A stretch of 64,000 bases of DNA. Origin: the human T2T-CHM13v2.0 reference genome, Homo sapiens. This document shows positions 41,733 to 53,815 of the stretch, one piece after another (the stretch's first letter is position 1; each line of letters opens with the position of its first letter). The stretch lies in NCBI RefSeq assembly GCF_009914755.1, contig NC_060933.1; one strand, written 5' to 3'. The translations under genes and the position numbers were made by a program. A model generated the notes under the pieces. It did no database searches, had not been told where the DNA came from, and worked only from the letters and a program-made list of their open reading frames with translations.

Positions 41733-44700
41733 CTGTGAAGACAGGTGTCTCAGGCGCGACCCGGCTGCCGCTCCCCAGCCCGTTTTGGAGAAGCCTGGGG
41801 GCCGCCCGCCTACCTGCGGTAGTTCTCAAAACTCTCTTTGAGGCGCCGCCGCTCCTTCTCGGGCGGCTCCCCGCTGCTCAGGCCTGCGTCCTGGAGAAGG
41901 GGGAAGGCTCGGGCTCCGGCCGGCTCCCCTGAGGGAACCCGTCCTTCTCACCCGCCCCCCACTGGCCCCTGTAACTGCAGACTGGTTGGGAGGCGAGGAG
42001 CCCAGACAGCCTCAGCTCAGCGCCAAGCTCTCCCTGTGGGACCTGCCTGTACCCCTGGAGGTGAGCCGGTGTGGGTAGCCTGCATTTCAGATGCCAAGAC
42101 ACACCCAGGAGGCCAAGCCACGGCTCCGGCCTGGGGTCCGGGCCATTGTTTCTACAACAAAGCCCGAGGTGGTGCTTGCTCTCAGGACTCCTGTGTTCAC
42201 CTCCTCATCCACTGTAAAGGCCCTCGGGAAACCAGGACCAGGCACATCCACGTCCAAAAAGCCCCCCAAGCTGCTGCAGTGCCCAAGAAAGGAGGGGGAT
42301 CCACTTCGCAGCCCAGACACCGCACCCCGAGCACTGTGGGCAGAGACCTTGTGGTCACTCCTCAGCTGTCGTCGGGGCCACCGCAGGGGGTGCCCAGGGC
42401 AGGGAGCCACTCTCCCTGTGATCGGTCACCCTGAGGCCCACGGCTGGGAGGACCCCACCCCGGGGAAGCCTTACATGGGGGTTCCGCAAAACCTGCTCCT
42501 GGTGCAGAGCTGCAAAGGGCTGTTTCGGGCTCCCCCCGCCGGCAAGGCAGCCTGGAAAGGAGAGTCGTGCCTGTGGGACCTGCCCATCTGCTGGGCCACG
42601 TATAGCACGGCTGCCCCACCCCTCCCCGGCATTGCAGTGGGGCTGTCTTCCAAGGCCTGGTGGGATCCCCACATGGGTCCAGTGTAGACTCTGCTTTCTG
42701 TAGATGAGACTGAGGCCTTATGGCCTCGCTTGCCTGTTCATTGCTCCAGGAGGCCGCCAGATGCCAGCCCAGGCCCAACGCTCCCGCCAGTGACCATCCC
42801 TCCCCCGAGCTGGCTGCCTGCCAGGGAGGAACGCCTCCCAGACCTCGGGGGAACTTAAACCCTGGGCCTGAGCAGCACCGTCCCCCATCACTCCAAAGCA
42901 TCTGTGGGCATGGCGGCCCTGGGGAGAGAGTTGGGGACAGCTACAGTGGCTGTCTGGGTCCTCCTGAAGTGGGGGCAGGGGTACTGCAGCAATTGGGAGA
43001 GAACCTTCAGGCGGCTGGACCCCCTCAGAAACCGCCAGGACCTGGGCAGACCAGGGATCAGGACCCTTGGGCAGAAACCACGCACGTCCAGTCTCAGCCC
43101 CACTGCGGTGAGGGCCAGGCCAGGGCTGTCCTGGCCATTGGCAGCCCCTTAGAGCCAGCCCCTCCCCTGCTCACCCTCCAACCTTCACACCTGCCCCTGC
43201 TCCTGCCACAGCCACCCAGGGGGATGGGGGCAGTGCCTGAGCCGGACTCCTGGGTCCTGCTCGCCTCTGTGCCTACATGGGGGCTTGGCATCCCCATGTT
43301 CAAGTGTTCTGAGCTGCAGCCAAAGGCGCTGGTCTTCACTTCCCCGTCTGCGGCTCCTCCTTCCCCTTCCGCCTCTGCTTGGAGGCCACGGCCTGGTACT
43401 CAGGAAGCTTGTCCAACTCCGGTGCAGCCTCCCAGGACCCCTCTGCTGGGCCCTCCCCAACCCCTACCTGACAGCACCTTCAGTGCAAACACCTACCTCA
43501 TCACCACTGCCCACTCCTGGACACTCGGGAGCTGCTCCCAGCTAGCCACCCAGTCCTTCCCCCAGACAGGCAGAGGGGGCCTGCCCTGCCCGCTAGAAGC
43601 CCCTGCCACTGCCTTACCCCCACTGCACCGGGACACAGCAGGCCCTTGGCCACCCCTGCATTCAGCCCTTTCCCTCAAGCCACGTGGGGCCCCATCTCGC
43701 CCCATCTTCTAGCTTCATGCACCTGGTCGTTCGCTCGTTACCACCTCCCTCTGTCCAGGAGGAAGCTTGGAGCAGCCAGGACTGGGCCTGCTCACCTCTG
43801 CACCCCGTGGGGGCTGCCCAGAGGGGCCCCACACTCTCAGGACGGTGGGCCTGCTCACCTCTGCAGCCCATGGGGGCTGCCCAGACCCCCACACTCTCCA
43901 CCCCAGGGGACACTTGTCCCACTAGCTGGGGCCCTGGGTTCCAGCTGGGCTCTGTAGTTTGTTCTCTGGGTGACCTTGACCATTTTACTTATCCCCAGCC
44001 CCAGTTTCCCTGTCTGTGGAGTGGGGGTTGTGGGGGTTGACACAGGCATTGCGGCACGGGCTGCCTGTGCTGAAGATGGGCCTCACTTGGGGAAGCTGGG
44101 AGGCCTCTGGGTGTACTGCTGTCCCCACCTCACCTTTGTCTGAGAGCTGGGTGTCCTCCAGGTCCTGGGGGAGTGAGAGCTTCCAAAGAGAGTCAAGATG
44201 TCCCATTAGGCCACTTCGCCAAGGACTGGACCCGGCCACACTGCCCACCCCAGCCCTTGGCCCTCAGCTGGGTGCAGCCATTGCCGTCACCCCCTGCACA
44301 GAGCTTCTCAGAGACTCAGGTGCCCAGCAGACGGACATTGGGCGGCCAGGAGGTGGGCACTGTCCGTGCCTTACCTTACCCCTTGAGCCATCAGAGGCCT
44401 TAGCATTTGGCCACCTGCTCTTCCTCCACCCAGCCCAGCCCACCGAGCAGGGCCATGTGACGGGCAGTGTGGGGCTATGCCTGGTGGCAGCTCAGCCAGG
44501 ACCCCAGGTGAAGGAAGGCCAGCCTCGTGCTGGCTGGGGTCTCACTCACCTCCTGGGACCTCCTGGGTGAGCCATCTTCCAGGTCGGAGCTCTGTGGTCA
44601 TAGAAAATGGGGTGGGTGGGCTGTGAGGGCAGAGGGCTCCCCAGGCACAGGGTGGGCAGGGCACAGAGCGGGATCCTCCAGGGAGCCCTGGGCATGCCCT

Positions 44701-47700
44701 CAGCCACACCAGGCCCCCTCCATGCCCAGAACAACCTGCTAGGCTGCCTGATGGCCAGGCCCAGGACCCACCCCGGCCCTGCAGCCCCACTTCCTGCTGG
44801 GACCCTGAACTGCTCGTGTGCCCTCACCCCACTGCCAGGAGGGGTTTGGTTAGGTTGGGGCCCGTCACAGAGGAGGGTTGGGTCGGGAAGGCCGGGGCTG
44901 AGGCTCCGTGCTCCCCTGGCCCTGCATCCCACGCGCCGGCTCCCCTCCCTGCCGCAGGCCCCAGGCCCACCAGGACGAGCGTCTCCAGCTGCTGCCGCCT
45001 GAGCCTGCCCTCCACGGCCAGTAGCTGCGCCTCACACTGGAACACCTGCAGCTGCAGCTCATCCGCCTTCTCGCCCAGCTCCCGCACCTGCTTGCGCAGC
45101 GCGTCCTTCTCCTGCAGGCCCCGGGCGTGCTGTGCGTGCAGCTCCTCCCGCGTGGCTATGGCCTGACGGGACAGCACAAGGCCGACCCTCAGTGAGGGCC
45201 CCAAGCTTGCCCTGGGCCCTCGGCCCGGCCGCCCAACTCCAAGCAGAGGCTCCGGAGGACGTCAAGCCGCTGGGCGCGGAGGCTGGTCACAGCCCCTCCA
45301 TTTGTGTGCTCTGCGGACACGAAGTCAGCACGTGGGGGATTGTAAATGTGACAGTTGTCCCTGCTGCCCTTCTGTCTCCTCCCAAGCCTGCACCCCCGGT
45401 GGACACAGCGTGTGCTATGTACCCCCACACGTGCACATTTGATAAATTTTGGACGCGGCTTGATATGGAGACCCTGACTGTCCATAGCTAAGCGTCCTTC
45501 GTGACCGCAGCACTCTTTACCACCCCTGTCCTCACTGCGGACACTGAGACGCAGGAGCGAATGTGCAAACACGACGGCTTGACCACCCCTGCAGCCGAGG
45601 CTGGGAGGCCCTCACCTAACCCCTTCTGCCCAGACTGGAGCAACGGCTGGCAGCTTCCCTAATCCCTGGCCAACGCGCTCCCGGGAAGTCCCGTGGGAGC
45701 CCCCGCCCTGGGAGCCACACCAACCCCCATGGGGGCACAGCTGGATCTGCCCTTTTCCCCTGCCTTGGCGTGGGCCAGGCGCGAGTGAGGCTGAGGTGGG
45801 GCTGAGACAGGAGCTCTGAGCCTGGGCTGCTCTCATGGGGGCCGGGGCTTCCTTTGTAGCCCCAGGGGTCTCGTTTTAAGGCTCCTGATGTGGACAAAGT
45901 GCCATCCAGCATTTAGCCGAAGCAGCAATGGTGTCCATTGGAAACAACCTCCAGGATGGGACTTGGGACGGGGCATGGGAAGCAGACACAGCCCTGCCCC
46001 GCGACGCTCCATCCGGCTCACAGCACGTAGCACTGGAGGCCTTGCAGGCCTCACTCCCGTGGCCCAGGCTGGAGTGCAATAGCGCAATGGTGACTTGCTG
46101 CAGCCTCAGCCTCCTAAATAGCTGGGACCACAGGCATGCGCCACCACGACCAGTTAATTTTTTTTTTTTTTGAGACGGAGTCTCGCTCTGTCACCCAGGC
46201 TGGAGTACAGTAGCGTGATCTCAGCTCACTGCAACCTCTGCCTCCTGGGTTCAAGCAATTCTCCTGCCTCAGCCTCCTGAGTAGCTGGGATTACAGGCGC
46301 CCGGAACCACACCAGGCTAATTTTTGTGTTTTTAGTAGAGACGGGGTTTCCCCATACTGGCCAGGCTGGTCTCGAACTCCTGACCTCAAGTGAGCCGCCT
46401 GCCTCGCCCTCCTAGAGTGCTGGGATTATAGGCGTGAGCCACCGCGCCAGGCCAATTTTTGCATTTTTTTGTAGAGCCGGGATCTCACCGTGTTGCCCAG
46501 GCTGCTCTGGAACTCCTGGGCTCAAGTGATCCGCCCGCCTCAGCCTCCCAAAGTGCTGGGATGACAGGCGAGAGACACCACGTCCAGCCAAGCTTTTTTT
46601 AAGATTAAAAAAAGCTACTGGTAAAACAAGACAGAATGTTTCCATTTTTGTAAAACAAAACCAAATATATAAATAGATAGATAGGTGATAGATGATAGAC
46701 AGATGGATACATGGATAGATGACAGGTAAGTCTGTAAGGTGGAGCGGGAAGGTTGAACACGGTTTTCCCTGAGAGTAGGCTGGGGTGGGGAAGTATTGAC
46801 TTCATCATCGTTTACTTTTTTTTAGTGTTAAGTATTGCTTCTGTCATTTAAAAAACAGACCAGGTGTGGCAGCTCAGCTTGCAATCCCAGCACTTTGGGA
46901 GGCTGAGGCCGGAGGATTGCTTGAGGCCAGTAGTTTGAGGCCACCCTGGGTGACATAGCAAGACCCCATCTCAAAAACAAATAACAAAGATTAAAAATCC
47001 TCTGACAACTGCCCTCAAGGGCCGTGGCCCTGGTGCACCCACCCGCGAGTGGGGTGCTTTGTCCTGCCCCTGCGAGTGCCCACCTGGTCCCGCTCAATGG
47101 CGACCTCCTCCATCTGCAGCAGGATGGCCTCGATGCGGTCCTTGTACATCTTGGAGTCCTTACGTAGTGCCAGGCACTGCAGCTCGAACATCTCCTTCTC
47201 CTCCATGCACTGCAGGGGGCGGCAGCTCAGCCCCCACAGGCCTGAGGCCCCCCATTCTGGCCCTTGGGGTATACTCCGGGCAGGGGCTCAGAAGCATGTG
47301 GTCAGGCCAGTTGGGATGTCGGGGGAGGCCATAGGAGTCCCCAGGCCCCTACCAGCCCTGCACTTCCAGACCGCGGCAGGACAGGGCCCTCCGGCAGGCC
47401 TCAGACACTGCTGTGCCTCAGGCACCATGAGCCCAGAGGTTGGCCTTTGCCATGGGGGGCAGGCGGGCAAGGAGAGGGCACCGTCCACTGTGCCTCCAGG
47501 AGTGGGTGAGTGGAGGCGCTGCACTGGGGTCTCCACACCCCACCTTCCAGGCACGGAGTGGGCGGAGCTCAGCCCGTCCAGCCTGGCTTGGACCCCAGGG
47601 GCCATGTCTCCCCGCCTGCCCTCCTACCCGGAGGCGTCGGGCCTCGCCCTGGCGGAGGTCCTTGCGCAGGGAGAAGATGGTGTTGGCCTGCTCCTGGTGG

Positions 47701-49412
47701 TCCCGCAGCGCCTGCCGCCAGTCCTCCTCCAGTACCTGGATGTAGGGGCTGCTCCTGTCCAGCTTCCCCTCCTGAAGGGGGCAAAAGGCAATGGCCTGGC
47801 TGGGAAGGCCCCCACTGCCCTGCCTGGGCTGCACCTGCCCTGCCTACGGCCCCACCTGGACGGAGGCCTCCAGCTCCTGCACCCGGGCCTGGAGCAGGGC
47901 CTTCTCCTGCTGCAGCTCCCACAGCAGCTCCTGGCTGGGCCGCTGCTCCATGGCGTGCCTGAGCTTCAGCGTGTGCTTGCGCTCCACCTTGCAGTCGTCC
48001 TCGGCCTTCATGAGGCTGTGCTTGAGCTGGTCAATCTGCAGAAGGTCCAGTGAGCCTGGCTGTCCCCTCCAGGCGGTGACCGCAGACCCGTGGGGCCACC
48101 CCCGACCGCCCCGGCCTGCAGACCCCGCCAGGCCAGGCGAGGGTGGCCTGGTTTCCCGGGGGCAGCGGGCGCACCTCCAGCTGCAGGTCACGGTTCCGCA
48201 TGAGCGCGGCGCCCTTCTCCTCACTCTGGTGCGCCAGGCGCATGGCCAGGTCGTAGTTCTCCTCCTTGCAGCGCTTGAGCTCGCGGCTGCCGGCCTCGCA
48301 CTCCTCCTTGAGCCTCTGCACACGCTCCTGGTGCTTGCGCAGCAGGCTGTCCTTCACCCGCAGCTCCTTGATGAAGTCATCTTTGGAGCTCAGCAGCGCG
48401 GTCAGGTCCTGCACCTTCTTCTGCAGCTTCATGACCTCAGTCATCAGCAGCTGAGTCAGGCCTGACTCCCCGGACGCGTCTGTGGGCCAGGCCAGTGTCA
48501 GATGGTGCCGTGTTCCCCGGTGGCCCAGCTCCATCACGCCCTGCGCTGTGGCAGGAGCTCAGGGCTCCTAGGGATGGGGGCCAGGCAGAGGACCCAACAC
48601 CACTGCCCGCTCCCCGCCAGCGCCTCCCCTGTCGGCCCCGCCTCCCCCGTCACTCACCGATGATCATGGAGAAGACGCGGGCCGGCTCCTTGCCTGTGAC
48701 CTTCTTGTACAGCTGCGGGTAGTAGAGCTCCAGGCTCTCGAGGAAGGCCACGTAGCCCTTGTGGCCGGTCCGCTGCAGGATGTCCAGGAGCACACCTGCG
48801 GGCCAGAGAGGCCTAACTGGGGGCGGGGCACAGGCGAGGCAGAGGGCTGGGGTGGGTGGGCCTGGGGGCAGGGACAGGTGGAGGCTGGCATGCAGATGAG
48901 GTGTGCCGTGGTCTGGGTCTTGGATGAGGTACCCTGCGGGTCTTGGTACTAGGCTGGGGACCAAGTGCTGCCCACCCGCCCCTTGGCTGTCTCAGGAGCC
49001 CCCGCTGCGGTGGGAGCCCCGCTGCCCCTCTTGGCAGCACCAAGCCGGCAGGAGAGGCTGGGGGACGGGCCACGTGCCAGGGTTGAGGTTGGGCCTCAGT
49101 CAGAGGCCAGGGGCAAAGCCAGGCGGGGCTCTCCTGGGGTTGAGGGTCAGGGTGGCAGAGCGTGCAGCCACCTCCGAGCTGACTCTGTGGTTGGGTTTGG
49201 GGCCTGGGGCCCGCGGGGCAACACTGACCCACTTTCCGTTTGCGGATGACCAGGTTGGGGTCGCTGAGCACCTGCTCCTCATCATCAGGGTTCAGGACCT
49301 TGCACTGCCGCAGGTAAGGTGTGATGCGTGAGGGGTCGATGACCGAGGTGAGCGTCACCCGGAAGCCCTCCAGGACGTTCCAGCACTCGTCATCGTTCTC
49401 GTAGTCCGACAT
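41633..49412 (-). CDS. CARD9: Caspase recruitment domain-containing protein 9, 12 coding exons, 1611 nt = 536 aa
   Basis: [11 protein letters not shown]... CARD domain followed by a long coiled coil; all junctions GT-AG and in phase; ends DNTDTEGS*. Confidence 0.98.
41814..41890 (-). CDS. CARD9: CARD9 exon 12
   Basis: [25 protein letters not shown]. Confidence 0.94.
42475..42551 (-). CDS. CARD9: CARD9 exon 11
   Basis: [25 protein letters not shown]; intact donor |GTAAGG. Confidence 0.94.
43783..43900. repeat. About 60-bp direct duplication in CARD9 intron 10
   Basis: tgggcctgctcacctctgca..tgggggctgcccaga..ccccacactctc x2. Confidence 0.85.
44134..44179 (-). CDS. CARD9: CARD9 exon 10
   Basis: [15 protein letters not shown]; AAG acceptor, G|GTGAGG donor. 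Confidence 0.92.
44550..44591 (-). CDS. CARD9: CARD9 exon 9
   Basis: [14 protein letters not shown]; acag| and |GTGAGT. Confidence 0.93.
44971..45162 (-). CDS. CARD9: CARD9 exon 8
   Basis: [20 protein letters not shown]...LETLVL. Confidence 0.97.
46060..46589 (-). mobile_element. Nested Alus: full AluS-like element (about 46158-46453) inserted into the linker of an older AluJ-like element
   Basis: Old right arm 46060-46157, complete Alu with poly-T, then old left arm 46454-46589. Confidence 0.85.
46672..46722. repeat. Imperfect (GATA)n
   Basis: atagatagataggtgatagatgatagac... Confidence 0.75.
46858..46985 (+). mobile_element. Alu monomer (FLAM-like)
   Basis: Single left-arm-type monomer with A tail. 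Confidence 0.85.
47084..47209 (-). CDS. CARD9: CARD9 exon 7
   Basis: [23 protein letters not shown]...ERDQ. Confidence 0.97.
47628..47771 (-). CDS. CARD9: CARD9 exon 6
   Basis: [19 protein letters not shown]...ARRLR. Confidence 0.97.
47856..48035 (-). CDS. CARD9: CARD9 exon 5
   Basis: [16 protein letters not shown]...LEASVQ. Confidence 0.97.
48175..48479 (-). CDS. CARD9: CARD9 exon 4
   Basis: [21 protein letters not shown]...RDLQLE. Confidence 0.97.
48658..48795 (-). CDS. CARD9: CARD9 exon 3
   Basis: [34 protein letters not shown]...SMII. Confidence 0.97.
49229..49412 (-). CDS. CARD9: CARD9 exon 2 coding part (exon extends to 49428)
   Basis: [21 protein letters not shown]...IRKRKV. Confidence 0.97.
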
Positions 49413-50865
49413 GGCCTCAGCAGGCAGGCTGGGGAGTGTGGGGCAGTGCTGAGAGCGATGCCGGCTCCTGCCCCCACCCGGGCCCAGCTCCCACTCCTTC
49501 TCAGACGCTGGGCCAGGGCTCTCGTCAGGGCATCGAGGGGGATCAGCCCAGGGGCATCCAGGAGAGGTGCCCAGCTCCGTGTCCCATCCCCACGCTGGAT
49601 CCCCCAGGGAGGCAGCAGAGACACAGTGACCCCGCTCCCCACCAGACCAGCCGAGGGCCCCTCCGCAGCCTTTCCCAGCCCTTGCTCCTGCCCGTTGGCA
49701 TCCATGTCACCCAGATACGCAGCGGGGGAGGCACAGATGGGGTCTGAGAGAGGAACTCCCCCTACAGCATGACCCCCTCTGGCCTCTGCCTCCTGGACAC
49801 TCCCATCACGCCCTGGAGCCTGCAAGGTTAGCCACCTCCATGGCTGGAATGGGCAGAGGAGCTGAGGGCAACTGCCTGGCACTATGGCCAGCCCAAGCTG
49901 GGTGAGAGCAGGTTGGCCAGTGGCCCTCCCACCAGCACAGCAGCTGGGGGAGCCGGTTCTTGTGGGACTTCCTCATTCCCCTGACCGACGCCTGCTCACA
50001 TCCCTGGCTGTGCCCTCCCTCCTCCACGGCCGGCTGCTGATGATGCAAGAGTGGCCACCCAGCCCTGCTGCAGCTGCGGGGTCGCTGCACTGGCCGGGAA
50101 GAGCTGCCCACAGGAGCGTGTCTCTGTCACCCCCTGCCGGCCCCGCAACCCTGGGAGGGGCTGTCAGTGTTGCCCTTGGCTGGCCAGGAGTGCTGCTGCG
50201 GTGTTTTCTCCAGGTTGAGGTGCCGGGCACCAGTGAATCCCTGGACTCTTCTCCTGCCCCAGATGAGGCCCGGCCCCCATCCCAGTGGCTGCAACAGAAC
50301 TACCCATGTTGGGACCAGCCACTGCTGTCCCTTTCTGCCAGCATGGTGGGGGCCTCAGCCGCTGAAAGCCACTCCCTCTGAGACTGGGACTGCGGCAAGG
50401 CTGGGAGCAGCCACATGGTCCTCAGACAGCCTCCAGCCCCGCTGGGAAACGCTGGTTTCCAGCCCAGAGGAGCTGGGTCACTGCTCCTGGAGACATAGTT
50501 GCCCCAGGCTTGGTCTTTTGAGGCATTTCTCAACTTCCCGCTGCACTTTGTCACCCCATTCAGGACAGTTTTGACAGACAAGGGACTGAATAAAAACACT
50601 GGCCACACGGTAGACAGTCCTGGGAACACTGGGCCCCTTTCCTGCTTCCCCAGCTTGAAATGCAGGGTCCCATCTGCCACCGTAATTCCACTGAAATGAA
50701 CACATCTCCGCCCAGGGGCCGTGAAAGGGACGGGGCCGCATGGCGGAGGCTGCCTGGCTGCCTGTGGGAAGCCTCAGGCTGCTCTGGGGGATCAGTGCCA
50801 GGATCCTGAACTAGGCCAACGCCAACCTTCCTGGCCACCTTTCAGAAAGCACCAGACCCACCCAC

Positions 50866-51110
50866 CTGAGGGTCTTCCAGGAGCCACCTGCACTGCAGAC
50901 ACACCAGGAGCCTGGGCCGCGGAGCCTCTGGGAGATGCTGCCCGGGGCTGCAGGGAGGGAGGAGCACGCCGGACGCCTGTGCACTTCCTGATGGGTTCTG
51001 CTTAACTCCACAGTCCCGCCAGTCCTCCCACAGGGGGACAGTCCCTGGTGACCTGCTTTCTGATTCGCCCAGCCCAGGAGGCCCCAAGAGGCAGACGGAA
51101 GTGGAAGTCC
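50866..51110 (-). promoter_or_regulatory. CARD9: Probable CARD9 non-coding exon 1 (about 50866-51015) and ETS/PU.1-motif promoter
   Basis: Donor CAG|GTGGGT at 50865; CACTTCCTG 50982-50990 and tandem CGGAAGTGGAAGT 51096-51108; fits myeloid expression; TSS approximate. Confidence 0.65.
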
Positions 51111-52109
51111 GCTGCCCTCCAGAGGAAAGCTGCTCCCAGCCCTCCCAGCCTGGCCGGGGGCTGGGGGTCCTGGGGATGCCCCAGAGGCCCAGCCCTGGCA
51201 CCTGGCAAGTAGAAGAGACAGCAGAGACCCCCAGGGGGCTGGACAAGGCCAGCCCGCACCCAGCCACTTTGACCTGGTCACAGGCTTCTGGAGACTTCTT
51301 CAGTAAGGCATGCTTTGCTCTGTGCGAACACCCTCGCCCTCGCCAGCATCTCAGGACAGCGGGGCAGGGCATGTGCAGGGGGGCACACAGCCACACGGCA
51401 TGGCCAGCACACGCCTTGGTCACAGAAGGGCTGCAGCCCACCTTATGGAGCCCAGGAGGCCACAGCAGCCTGCCAGGGGCCATGGCATCGGCCACCACCC
51501 AGCTGCACACGGGGGAGAAACGTCCCTTCCAGAAGTGTCGTTATCCTCGTTATCCCCATCATGAGGCATCCCTGCTCTCCACCAGGATGCATGTGAGGAC
51601 TGAGGCCACTCTCGGGGTCCCCCAAACCAGCTTCAGAAGAGCCGGTGACAGCAGGGCACAGCTCGGCCCCCATCCAGGGACAACGGACAGCAGAGTCTGC
51701 CCTGAACTGTGCACTTCAGCGTGTGGGCTGCCAGAGCCTCATCCCTGCAGGCTTGGGAACCCCCAGGCCCCGCCTCACCCGGTAAAGCTGGTTGAACTGA
51801 GTTGCCACCCAACAGGTTCGAGAAGGGGCCGCCAGGCTGGAAGGCAAGGAAGCTGGTGTGGAGCTTGCCTAACCGTTCTCAGCCTCCAGCCCTCAGGCCT
51901 CTGTGCGGACAACGTCTGACATCACACATTAAGGAGCGGACAGTTAGGGGTCCTCCTGGGCTCTCGGGAATGCCACATTCCAGGGGGCCGTGCCCCTGCT
52001 GGACCCCTCACCATCAGCATGAGCGAGTGTGCAGGCCGGGGCCATCCTGGGCCCTGCCAGGGAGCGAACCGGAGCTGGCGCCAGGCCCTCATGACCCAGT
52101 GTTTCCCCA

Positions 52110-52275
52110 GCGTTTAAAACGCGGACCTTAGTGACTTCCCTGTGGTGTGTGTCCTTAGGAGTGAACACACATACCATGTTCTCTAACCATATCGGAAGCT
52201 AAAAATCGGTAACAGATATTGGCAAAATCTCTAAATATTTGGAAATTAAATAATATACCGCTAAATAACCCACAG
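52110..52275. mobile_element. Old L1 fragment
   Basis: AT-rich 'atgttctctaaccat..aaatatttggaaattaaataatataccgctaaataacc' ORF2-like remnant. Confidence 0.5.
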
Positions 52276-52909
52276 ATCAGAGTGGCCCCCAGACTAGGCA
52301 CCAGACTAGAGAACCAGGCACAGCAACACATACTCAGGAGTGAGGTCGGCCATGGGACCGTCCCATCTGCCAGGTGCCCAGGGCTGAGGCCCCACAGTGG
52401 CTCCAGTGAAGGATCGAAGCCCAGATAGCCAAGGGCCTGGGGGCGCTGCTGCCACAGAGACAAAGGAAAGGGAGCTAGGGGACAGACGGAGAAGATGGGG
52501 GCTAGTCTTATGCCAATAAAGGCCCATGCAAAAGGAACAGTGGAGGGTGGGGGCTGCCGCCGTGTCGGGGTAGCCAGGTCATCTGTTCCAGGGAACCCCC
52601 TGGGTCAGCCAGGGCAGCGCGAGGGCTGGCAGCCATCTGGGGAGGGTGCCGGCTAGCCTGAAGGACAAAGCCACAGATGCTTTCCAGGAAATGGGCGAAA
52701 GAAAGCCTGCTTCTCTGACAGGAGGGCAGCCGGGGTACGGGAGGCCTTCCAGGACCCCAGCTCTGGGCCCCCAGCACCCTGCTTGTCCCCGAACTGCCTG
52801 CACTAGGGTGGCTCAGCCACTAGGCAGCAGCCTGACCCCAGCCAGGTGGGGGGTCCCTGTACACTGCCCGGTACCTCAGGACAACAAAACCACAACAGCC
52901 TGTGTCCAG

Positions 52910-53134
52910 CTCCACAATTAAAAACAGAACTTTATTCCTCCAAGTGTTCAGGTGTGCACTTGGGGAACAGCCATGCTCCATGCCACACAGTCAGTCGGCA
53001 GGCCCGCCTCTGTTCACTGCGGACCTGGTCGGTCAGCGGCCAGCAGATACCTGGCCTCTGGCTGCCTCTCTTGCAGGCTGGGGGTGGGCTGTCTCTCGTC
53101 AGCAGGGCCACGGGCTTCTGAGAAAGTGCTTGTC
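52910..53134 (-). other. SNAPC4: SNAPC4 non-coding terminal exon with poly(A) signal at 52931-52936
   Basis: Acceptor tgttcctgtgttccag| at 53135; AATAAA on -; upstream donor CAG|GTGAGT 7 nt after the stop. Confidence 0.75.
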
Positions 53135-53689
53135 CTGGAACACAGGAACACCAGGTGGGGGGTGCCCTTGACCCCAGCCAGACCCCAAGCAGGGCTGGGA
53201 CAGACAAACAGGAACCAAGACCACCCCAGCGCCGGCCACGCCCAGTCTGCTTGGTAAACCTGACCCACATGCGCCAAGGGCCAGGCCAGGGCACCAGGGC
53301 TCCAGCAGTGAAGAGCCAGCCTGGTGGCTGCGGTTGGGGATGGTGATCGTTTTACAAGCTGGGAGACGACGCAGCAATGCACGGGAACAGGGCACCACCA
53401 GAGCACAGCGGCCAGGAAGGAGCCCAGACCCCAAAGGCAGGGAATGAGCCTATGGTCAGGGGCACAGTGGTGCCAAGGCCCGAGGCACGGGTGGCCAGCA
53501 GGAAGGATGTGGGTTAAATGCTTCTCCCCCTGGAGGGCCTCCATGACCCTGGACCTGCCCACCTAACCCAGCACACCTGCTGTGAGCGCCAAAGAGCCGA
53601 GCAGAGGCCAAGGCCCCCTGCCATCTGGACACCACTCTGTCCCCTGGGTTGTAGGGCAGTGGCCTCCCCACTCAGGACTCACCTGCTGC

Positions 53690-53815
53690 TCACACCAGCC
53701 GCCTCCGCTTCCGGGTGTGCCTGGCATGCCGGGTTCTGAGCACGTCCAGGTCGTCAGGGTCATTAGAAGTATCCAGGCAGGAGGAAGCAGAGCATTTACC
53801 AGAGTCTGGGGCTCC
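53690..53815 (-). CDS. SNAPC4: SNAPC4 last coding exon (exon continues to 53683)
   Basis: GAPDSGKCSASSCLDTSNDPDDLDVLRTRHARHTRKRRRLV*. Confidence 0.94.
   Translation of the reverse strand, partial: GAPDSGKCSASSCLDTSNDPDDLDVLRTRHARHTRKRRRLV

Larger units (their letters stand above)
40480..41960. promoter_or_regulatory. DNLZ: CpG island: DNLZ promoter overlapping the CARD9 3' exons
   Basis: Dense CpG; YY1 motif CCGCCATCTT 41088-41097; several CGGAAG/CTTCCG ETS sites 41114-41146. Confidence 0.88.
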
